DNA from: Promethearchaeia archaeon
Lineage (GTDB): Archaea > Asgardarchaeota > Lokiarchaeia > Sigyniarchaeales > SOKP01
NCBI GenBank assembly: GCA_029856155.1
Contig: JAHQWL010000052.1
Span: 32,001 to 96,000, forward strand
Length of the DNA stretch: 64,000 nucleotides
Reading direction: 5' to 3'
Part shown: in pieces, positions 52,430-59,991 of the stretch
How the letters are laid out: the number at the start of each line of letters is the position of its first letter
How positions within the stretch are numbered: position 1 is the stretch's first letter
Translations under genes and position numbers: made by a program
Notes under the pieces: generated by a model
Database searches by the model: none
The model's input: the letters and a program-made list of their open reading frames with translations, nothing else
Told to the model about the DNA's origin: nothing

Positions 52430-53467
52430 TTAAATCATCTCAGCAAAAGCTTCGAATCTTGTAGAAAGTTGTTTATATTGTTCTCTATTGTATAACATTT
52501 CTATAAAAAGATATGGAATTTCCAATTCCTTAAACCTTTTATTCATATATGGATGATCGTAGAGCATAGGTTCACAGAATTTCATTGCTATGTTAATAAC
52601 GCCATCTACTTTATATTTCTCGGCTAAAAACTTTAAAAATTCAAATCGATCATAGGATGGCATTTTGGTAGAATATAACGGTTTACTTAGGTGATATTCA
52701 GCAATCGCCAAGATAGGATCTTTTTCTTCTTCAATAGTATTCCAAAAATATCTAGATCCAATGCATAAATCATCAGCTACAACTTGAAATCCTTTGTCTT
52801 CTAAAAATTTTAAAAAATCTGTATCATCGATAATAGACCCTGTAAGTAATATCCTTTTAATTTTTTTATCAGTAAAAGGAGTTTTAGTCTTTAATTCATT
52901 CATTTTTTTTTTTAAAATATCCAAAACTTTGTTTTTATCGTCAGTTTGAGATAGTTTGACTAATTCATGAAATTCTGATCCCTTTAAAATCATTTTACTT
53001 CTATATTCGGAGATTTTTTTTAATAATCTGCGTATTTGATTAGTTAATTTGATAGCTTCTTTAATTTTTTCAGATTGAATTTTAATTTTAAATTTAGATT
53101 CAATTTGGGAAATCAATTCTTTAAGATCATTTAAAAAAAAATTTAAAGCAATTTTGTCTCTCTTTAACGGCACATTTAGATAAAATAAGAAATCAATATC
53201 AACAGATTCAACCCAAATATCAAATTCTCGATTTGTACAATCGCAACCATGGCTAGTTACAACTCCATTTATCTCAGGATTGAGCCCTCTTATTGCTTGT
53301 TCAAGGATATTTTTTGCCCAAACACAGTGAGTAGGGGGTATATGCTCATTCACTTTATCATGTTCAATTGTAGGGTCTCCTAAAAGTCTCATAGGAGTGA
53401 ATCCCGCAGCCATAAAAATCTCTTCAGGAGTAACAACATCCGCATCAAAATAAGCGATTTTTATCAT
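52430..53467 (-). CDS. 2-Hydroxyacyl-CoA dehydratase subunit (HgdB/FldC type)
   Basis: PEEIFMAAG, HGCD, DDLCIGSR, KFCEP, TRFEAFAEMI. Confidence 0.88.
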   Translation of the reverse strand: MIKIAYFDADVVTPEEIFMAAGFTPMRLLGDPTIEHDKVNEHIPPTHCVWAKNILEQAIRGLNPEINGVVTSHGCDCTNREFDIWVESVDIDFLFYLNVPLKRDKIALNFFLNDLKELISQIESKFKIKIQSEKIKEAIKLTNQIRRLLKKISEYRSKMILKGSEFHELVKLSQTDDKNKVLDILKKKMNELKTKTPFTDKKIKRILLTGSIIDDTDFLKFLEDKGFQVVADDLCIGSRYFWNTIEEEKDPILAIAEYHLSKPLYSTKMPSYDRFEFLKFLAEKYKVDGVINIAMKFCEPMLYDHPYMNKRFKELEIPYLFIEMLYNREQYKQLSTRFEAFAEMI

Positions 53468-53598
53468 ATTTACACATCATAATTAATTTATTATCCTAAA
53501 ATCCTATAATTCTAAATCTTGAAATATTTAAAAAAATATTTATTTAACCCTTCTATTCAATAATTATCAAAGAATAATTTTGAGATGATTTTAAATTC

Positions 53599-53907
53599 AT
53601 GTCTCAACCCACCATATCACGTACTCTAAGTAAAGCTATTTTAAAACCAGAGGTTCGTATTAAATTAAAAATCTGGAATACCTACTTAACAGGGAAGCTT
53701 GTTAAATTTGATAATTACATGAATCTGATAGTTAAAGATGCCAAAGAAATATATTTTGGTCGAGGAGGGAAGAGAAGTAAAGATTTAGGAGAAGTTTTTA
53801 TACGAGGTGGGTCGATAATATTCATTGGCCAAGATCGAGAGAAGTTAATTTTTGCTCAAGACAATGAGGAAAAATTACTGCACAGAGAAGAGACTGAAGA
53901 TATATAA
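53599..53907 (+). CDS. Sm-like archaeal protein (SmAP/LSm)
   Basis: Sm1 GKLVKFDNYMNLIV and Sm2 VFIRG; directly upstream of rpl37e. Confidence 0.9.
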   Translation: MSQPTISRTLSKAILKPEVRIKLKIWNTYLTGKLVKFDNYMNLIVKDAKEIYFGRGGKRSKDLGEVFIRGGSIIFIGQDREKLIFAQDNEEKLLHREETEDI

Positions 53908-53924
53908 ATAAGAGATGATTGAAA

Positions 53925-54128
53925 ATGGGAAAAGGAACACCTAGTAAGGGAAAGAAAAACAAAGCAGCAAGTCATAAGACCTGCCGACGATGCGGTAAGC
54001 ACTCTTATCATCGCCGAAAGAAATTTTGTGCAAGTTGTGGTTTTGGACATACAGCTAAAATAAGGAAATATTCATGGGCTAACCGAACGCGTCCTTTTGA
54101 TGGAAAAAAATCTTTTTATAGAGGATAA
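53925..54128 (+). CDS. rpl37e: 50S ribosomal protein L37e
   Basis: MGKGTPS, CRRCG, CASCGFG, RKYSW. Confidence 0.95.
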   Translation: MGKGTPSKGKKNKAASHKTCRRCGKHSYHRRKKFCASCGFGHTAKIRKYSWANRTRPFDGKKSFYRG

Positions 54129-54237
54129 ACCAATCCTAAAATTATAAATATAGTTGCCTAATTTTCTAAATTTAAGTCTTTTAATTTAAATTTCATTTAA
54201 ATCAAATTTATTCAATATATCTAATTTTATTCTAAAA

Positions 54238-54621
54238 ATGAGTTCAAGAAATGAATTAGTGTCTAAAAATCTCAAGGAAGAACTAGAGAGATTGGAAAGA
54301 TTTAGTGATATTATTGGCACTGCTATAGTTAATCGTAATGGTTTACTAATTTCTTCAAGATTACCAAGAGATATTGATGAAAGAAGATTTGGAGCACTTG
54401 CAGCAACTATGTTTGGGGCAATTGAAACCGCTACTTCAAGTTTAGAATCTAATCAAATAAAAAATTTAACTGTTGAATATCAAGATTATCAATTTGTTGT
54501 TGTAGAGGTAGATCCTAATACAATTTTAGTTTCATTATTTGATTTAAATGTAGATTTAGGTTTGATATTCATCGAGATTGAAGAATTTGTAACAAATATT
54601 AAAAAGATTAAACAAAAGTGA
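54238..54621 (+). CDS. Roadblock/LC7 domain protein
   Basis: AIVNRNGLLISS, FGALAATMFGA, DLGLIF. Confidence 0.88.
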   Translation: MSSRNELVSKNLKEELERLERFSDIIGTAIVNRNGLLISSRLPRDIDERRFGALAATMFGAIETATSSLESNQIKNLTVEYQDYQFVVVEVDPNTILVSLFDLNVDLGLIFIEIEEFVTNIKKIKQK

Positions 54622-54627
54622 TATGAT

Positions 54628-55368
54628 ATTTTAACTGAAAAACAAAAAGCAAGATACTCAAGGCAAATTATATCCCCCTTAATCGGAGAGGAAGGTCAAG
54701 AAAAATTATCAAAAATTAGAGTTCTACAAATTGGAGCGGGGGGCTTAGGTTCACCATTTGCTTTATACATTACTGCTGCGGGAATAAACGAGTTAACTAT
54801 AATTGATAATGATGCTTTAGATATCTCAAATTTGCAAAGGCAAATACTTTACAATGAAACCCAAATTGGAGAGGATAAGGTAAAATTAGCAAAAGAAGTA
54901 TTATCGAAACTTAATTCTGATGTTAAGATAAGTTCATATAAAGATTATGTCAATGAGGAGTCTATCAAGAAATATTTAAAGGAAGTTAGTTATGATTTCA
55001 TAGTAGATTGTAGTGACAATTTTAAAACCAAATTTTTAGTTAATAAGATTGCCATAGAAAATAATCTAAGATGTATAATTGCTGGAATAAAGGACTTTTA
55101 TGGTCAAATTATAACTATTAATCCAAAAGAAACGGCTTGTTATCAATGTGTTTTCTCTAAACCATTAGAAACTTCCCCAGATGAGGGACCTTTACCTGTT
55201 ATTGGCGTAACTCCCGGAATTCTAGGAACTCTAGAGGCTTTAGAGGTGATAAAAACAGCTTTAGGGCTTCCAAACTTAGAAAATAAAGTTCTAATGGTTA
55301 ATCTAATGGATTTAAGATTTAATATTATAGATATTGTAAAAAACGAAAAATGTATATGCTCAAAATGA
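54628..55368 (+). CDS. ThiF/MoeB/E1-like adenylyltransferase; the real N-terminus lies about 200 nt upstream of the track ORF
   Basis: In-frame extension ILTEKQKARYSRQII...GQEKL...GAGGLGS...SNLQRQ; DCSDN, CYQC. Confidence 0.85.
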   Translation: MLTEKQKARYSRQIISPLIGEEGQEKLSKIRVLQIGAGGLGSPFALYITAAGINELTIIDNDALDISNLQRQILYNETQIGEDKVKLAKEVLSKLNSDVKISSYKDYVNEESIKKYLKEVSYDFIVDCSDNFKTKFLVNKIAIENNLRCIIAGIKDFYGQIITINPKETACYQCVFSKPLETSPDEGPLPVIGVTPGILGTLEALEVIKTALGLPNLENKVLMVNLMDLRFNIIDIVKNEKCICSK

Positions 55369-55436
55369 GAAATTAAAGTGAAAAATCATAAATTATAATT
55401 GAGTAAACTTAGGATTTTTTTCAAAAAATTCTTTAA

Positions 55437-55769
55437 ATTTTTGCGGAAGGAAAAACTATACTTTATAATGTTTCTCATCTAAGATTAAAAGAAACTGATA
55501 GAATATCTGCTATGGCTCGAGAATTGCGTAAGATGGGTGTTAAAGTAATTGAAGAGGATGATAAATTAACAATATTTCATTGTGATAAACTAAATGGAAT
55601 AAAAATTGATCACAATGACGATCATAGGATCGCTATGGCCTGTAGCATTGCTGCTTTATATGCGGATTCAAGTTCTCATATTCTAAGTAGTGAAATTGTA
55701 AATGATTCTTATCCTTCTTTTTTCGAGGATTTAAAAGAATTAGGAGCCCAAATAGATTTTTTAGCATAA
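55437..55769 (+). pseudogene. aroA: C-terminal fragment of EPSP synthase
   Basis: AEGKT...HLRLKETDRI and DDHRIAM, SYPSFF motifs; in-frame TAA at 55434; only about 110 of about 430 aa present. Confidence 0.8.
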
Positions 55770-55810
55770 ATAATATTCTTTATATGGCTTTACATAACAT
55801 TAACAATATC

Positions 55811-56182
55811 CTAAGGAATCAATGTAATAGGGATACCGTAAATTAAACTCAAGAAATCTAAATTGCTTTGAGTTGCTAAAATTTTAGTATATGTAGGACC
55901 TACAACTTTTTTGTAATAAACTGAGTATGCATTATTGTAATCATCCTTCAGAAAATTTTTATAATCCCCACTAAATGTACGTAACCTTCTGTCATTGAAT
56001 CTATTGAGACTGAGTGTAAAATCTCTCTGTGATTTCCATTTTTTTAATACTTTTTTTCCTTCAATCTCTCCAAAGTCTTTATACAATACTTCTCTCATAT
56101 GATCTTCAATAAAGGGATTTACTAATACAAGGGATAAAAATTTAAAGTAAGAAGAAAGAAAAAAAAAAAGAAAGTTAATCAT
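55811..56182 (-). CDS. Hypothetical protein, possibly a fragment
   Basis: 123-aa ORF with no recognised motif; N-terminus encoded by a T-rich tract. Confidence 0.35.
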   Translation of the reverse strand: MINFLFFFLSSYFKFLSLVLVNPFIEDHMREVLYKDFGEIEGKKVLKKWKSQRDFTLSLNRFNDRRLRTFSGDYKNFLKDDYNNAYSVYYKKVVGPTYTKILATQSNLDFLSLIYGIPITLIP

Positions 56183-56195
56183 TAAAAATCTTACG

Positions 56196-56780
56196 CTATA
56201 TAGCTACATACTCAATAGTTAATTGATTATAATCATCGTTACTAGGTGTAGAATCATAAGTAGAAGAAGCTTCTATTTCTATATAATTTGTACCACCACT
56301 AAATACAAACGTATATGAATTGATATAATGCCACGAAGAATCAATAGTGGATGATGTCGCTAAAAAATCAAGATAACTTTCGATTGCACCATCTTTCAAA
56401 AGTCTTACCCTATAATAGCTAGAAGGACTAATACTACTCAATAACACAGAGAGGTGAATTCGATACCAACCAGATTTTAATAATGTAATACGAGTATTAG
56501 TGTTTGAAACAGAAATATAGTCAGTATTATTCAATTTATTATCTCCAAATTCAAAAAGCCAATCATTCTGTAAATTATAAGGTGCATAATCTAGATTGTC
56601 ATCAAGCGCATCCCATATACCTACAACTATAGTCTTTGTCAAATTATTAAGCTCGTCTGTTAAATCATCAAGATCTGAATTGGTGGTATTTTGACCATTC
56701 CACACTACAAATACAAATCCAATCGCTCCAGCGGCTAAGATTATCCCTATTATCCCTAAAGTTTTTCCGCCACTTCCCAT
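56196..56780 (-). CDS. Membrane-anchored protein: N-terminal TM, short coiled coil, C1q/BclA/TNF-like beta domain
   Basis: TLGIIGIILAAGAIGFVFVVW; DLDDLTDELNNL; ITLLKSGWYRIHLSV, NYIEIEA, QLTIEYV. Confidence 0.55.
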   Translation of the reverse strand: MGSGGKTLGIIGIILAAGAIGFVFVVWNGQNTTNSDLDDLTDELNNLTKTIVVGIWDALDDNLDYAPYNLQNDWLFEFGDNKLNNTDYISVSNTNTRITLLKSGWYRIHLSVLLSSISPSSYYRVRLLKDGAIESYLDFLATSSTIDSSWHYINSYTFVFSGGTNYIEIEASSTYDSTPSNDDYNQLTIEYVAI

Positions 56781-56903
56781 TATTTATCACTCTTAATTTT
56801 TTAAAATTTCATTTTTATTAGAATTGTTTTATATTCCTAAATATTTAAAGTTCTATTACTAATTTTTTAGAAAAAAGCTATGTTATAAATTTAAATTTAC
56901 TTT

Positions 56904-57449
56904 TTATGATATAACTTTAAATTTTTTTTCAAAAAATTCTCTAAATTTTTTACCATTCTCCACATATTCCCCAGCAGTTTTCTCACCTATCAATTCCTCC
57001 TCCTCTGGTAATTTTTTTAAGAGTTTAGCTGGAACTCCCGCCCATAATTCTCTCGAGGGTATTTCATTATTAGTAATTACAGCTCCTGCAGCGATCATTG
57101 AACCTTCATGCATCTTAGTATTATGAAGTACATTACTCCCAATGCCAACCAAACATCCATCACCTATTTCAACGGGTCCATGTATCATTGCATGATGCCC
57201 AATTATGCATTTTGAGCCAATAGAAACAGATGTTCCCTTTTCTATATGAATTGAAACATTTTCCTGAATACTCGTATTTTTTCCAATCTTAATTGGACCT
57301 CGATCCGCACGAATTACTGCCCCGAACCAGATGTTTGTATTTTTTTCAATAGTGACATCACCAATTATGACTGCTGTTGGAGCAATGTAAACGGAATCGT
57401 CAATTTTAGGCTTTTTTCCTGTTATTGGACTAGGAATTACAATTGGCAT
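56904..57449 (-). CDS. Gamma carbonic anhydrase family (YrdA/PaaY-like)
   Basis: Hexapeptide repeats, VIRAD, IQEN..IH, IGHHAMIHG, GVPAK. Confidence 0.92.
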   Translation of the reverse strand: MPIVIPSPITGKKPKIDDSVYIAPTAVIIGDVTIEKNTNIWFGAVIRADRGPIKIGKNTSIQENVSIHIEKGTSVSIGSKCIIGHHAMIHGPVEIGDGCLVGIGSNVLHNTKMHEGSMIAAGAVITNNEIPSRELWAGVPAKLLKKLPEEEELIGEKTAGEYVENGKKFREFFEKKFKVIS

Positions 57450-57588
57450 AATCTTTCATTTAGAGTTATTTTTAAATGTGAAGAATTAAGGTAGAAATAA
57501 TAACATTGCGATAAGGTTTTTTTAATAAAATAAAAAAAACTTTCAGAATTTAATAAAAAAAGAAAAAAATTAGGAACATATATTAATT

Positions 57589-59991
57589 TCAAATTTCACG
57601 CATCATTAACCACTGGGAATATAATTGAGAGACTTGCATCATGAAATATGCATCGTTTATAGAGCCATTTTTTAATTGTGATATAAGAGTTACAAGTTCA
57701 TTTTTTTTACTCTCATGAAATTGCCGTAATCTATCAGATTCTACTATTTCTTCTAATAATCCCATATATGTGTCCCAATTTATAGTTGTAGGAAGAGTAG
57801 TAGTTACCTCAGCATCTTCTACTTTTTTTATCTTATATAAAGAATGATCCATGTGAAATTGCTTTACGTATTCATAAATCTGTTCACAAACTTTTAGAAA
57901 TTCTTGTGGATTATAGTCAATACCAGGGTCTTGTTTAAGACCTATAGATGTTATATCTATCCATGAAACATCTGTTCCTTTCATAGAAAAGATGGGTATT
58001 TCATATTTACGAGAAAGCTCTAATTCATGAGCACAATCGACTGAATTGAATACAGATTTATTAGTGCCTAAGAAGAATATAACATCACTAATAGGAACAT
58101 TTTTATCCATAAAATCATCAATATTTCCAGCTAAATCTTGCTCACAGAGAAGTACATCATATACTTCAGGTTTAGCTTCTAGATATTCACCTAGTGCAGC
58201 TAATTGGTAAGGTTCATAATCAATAACTGCATGAGAAATAAAAATAGCCATACTAGCTCTTTGTTTGAGATAATCTCGTAAGGTGTCTAAATCACGTTTA
58301 ACTATCAGTTTTTCTTCATCTGATAACGGATTTTCTTCAAACTCAAATGTTTCAAGAGTCTTAAGCGGCCAAAGAACATATGGCAGTGCATCAAATTTAT
58401 TCTTATTTAAATATAGATATTTAATCTTAGAATTTCCCAGACTTTTTGGTAAACTCTCAAGATTGTTTTCATTTAAATCTATGGATTCTAGTTTTTCGCA
58501 TCTTCCAATTGATTCTGGTAAAGAAGTAAAACTATTTTTACGTGCACTAATACTCATAAGTGAAGCCATCTTATCAAGACAATCAGGCAATGAAACTAAA
58601 ACATTTTCATCAACGTTTAAAGTAGTTAAGGAAATTAAATTACAAATAGCAGGAGGTAGACTTATTAATTGATTCTTACTTAAAATTAATTTCTCCAATT
58701 TTTTTAAATCTCCAATTTCGGTTGGTAATCTTTCAATTTCATTACCCTCTAAATGTAATTCTTTTAATTTCTCTAACTTTCCAATACTTGAAGGTAATGT
58801 TTTCATTTTTCCATTCGATACGACCAAATACAACATATCTTTCAATGAACCAATTGATTCAGGAAGTGCTGTTAAGGGAGTATTTCTAATATCAAGAGAA
58901 GATAGTTTCTCTAGATCACCAAAGTTTTCCGGTAAATTAGTTATTTTACAATCTTGAATGCTAAGACGCTCTAATCCCTTCATACGAGCAAAAGAATTTG
59001 GTAAACTGCCTATATTATTTCCACTTAAATCTAGTCCAAACACATTATCTAGATTACCTATTGATTCAGGCAAAGTTTCAATTTGATTGTTTCCCAAATC
59101 TATAGAATTCAAGTTTTGTAAATTACCAATTGATTCTGGAATTTGTTTAATTTGATTATTCTCAAAACGAAAGATTTTCAATGATGTTAAATTGCCAATG
59201 CTTTGTGGTAAGGCTTCAAGTTTATTATCTTTCACAAGAAGGGTTTGTAGAGTTGATAATTTGCCTATTGTATCAGGTAAAATACTCAAACCCATTGAAC
59301 TAATCTCCAACTTCTCAAGCGATATAAGTTCTCCAATAGAGTTTGGTAATTGAGAAATTCGAGTTACTCCTAGATCAAGAGATGTAAGCGATTTAAGTTG
59401 TCCAATATTAGGTGGTATCTCTTCAATGTTATTATGTCTGAGTGAGAAGGTTTTTAAAGAACTCAGATTATACATATTTTCTGGAATTTTAGTAAGTCTA
59501 TTATCACTTAAATCAAGGTCAGTTAATGCTCTACAAGCTTCGATTTCCACGGGTATTTCCCTTAATTTATTAGTACGAAGATCCAATTTTTCTAAATTTT
59601 TAAGATTGGAAATCCAGCTTGGCAGTTCTTTTATTTCATTTACACCCAAATCAAGTTGTTTCAAAGCGGTACAGTTAGCTAAGCTAGAAGGGAGCTCGTA
59701 AAGATTATTTTGTTGTGCCGAAAGCCACTCCAAATTTGTTAAATCCCCTATAGAATCTGGTATAGTTTCAATTTTATTACCATAAAAGAGGAGTGCATTC
59801 AATTTTTTACAATTTCCGATATTTTCTGGTAAGTTTGTGAGCGTCCCTCGAGTTACTTGAATCCGGGTAACATGGTTGTCTTCAACTCGAAAATTATCAG
59901 AATTCCAACTTGAGCCTACTTTTTGTTCCAAATCCTTAAGAACGTCTATCTCTTCTGTAGGAAGGATAAAACCCATATATTCTTTGCTCAT
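57589..59991 (-). CDS. LRR-TIR protein with intact TIR catalytic Glu
   Basis: 22 LRRs of ~23 aa, then IFISHA...SDVIFFLGTNKSVFNSVDCAHELELS...IPIF; C-terminal helical domain; no TM or signal peptide. Confidence 0.85.
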   Translation of the reverse strand: MSKEYMGFILPTEEIDVLKDLEQKVGSSWNSDNFRVEDNHVTRIQVTRGTLTNLPENIGNCKKLNALLFYGNKIETIPDSIGDLTNLEWLSAQQNNLYELPSSLANCTALKQLDLGVNEIKELPSWISNLKNLEKLDLRTNKLREIPVEIEACRALTDLDLSDNRLTKIPENMYNLSSLKTFSLRHNNIEEIPPNIGQLKSLTSLDLGVTRISQLPNSIGELISLEKLEISSMGLSILPDTIGKLSTLQTLLVKDNKLEALPQSIGNLTSLKIFRFENNQIKQIPESIGNLQNLNSIDLGNNQIETLPESIGNLDNVFGLDLSGNNIGSLPNSFARMKGLERLSIQDCKITNLPENFGDLEKLSSLDIRNTPLTALPESIGSLKDMLYLVVSNGKMKTLPSSIGKLEKLKELHLEGNEIERLPTEIGDLKKLEKLILSKNQLISLPPAICNLISLTTLNVDENVLVSLPDCLDKMASLMSISARKNSFTSLPESIGRCEKLESIDLNENNLESLPKSLGNSKIKYLYLNKNKFDALPYVLWPLKTLETFEFEENPLSDEEKLIVKRDLDTLRDYLKQRASMAIFISHAVIDYEPYQLAALGEYLEAKPEVYDVLLCEQDLAGNIDDFMDKNVPISDVIFFLGTNKSVFNSVDCAHELELSRKYEIPIFSMKGTDVSWIDITSIGLKQDPGIDYNPQEFLKVCEQIYEYVKQFHMDHSLYKIKKVEDAEVTTTLPTTINWDTYMGLLEEIVESDRLRQFHESKKNELVTLISQLKNGSINDAYFMMQVSQLYSQWLMMREI

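Noticed and set aside
54619-54621. TGA between roadblock and ThiF as a selenocysteine codon
   Set aside because: It falls at the natural end of the roadblock domain, not at a conserved Cys position, and I could not identify a convincing SECIS downstream
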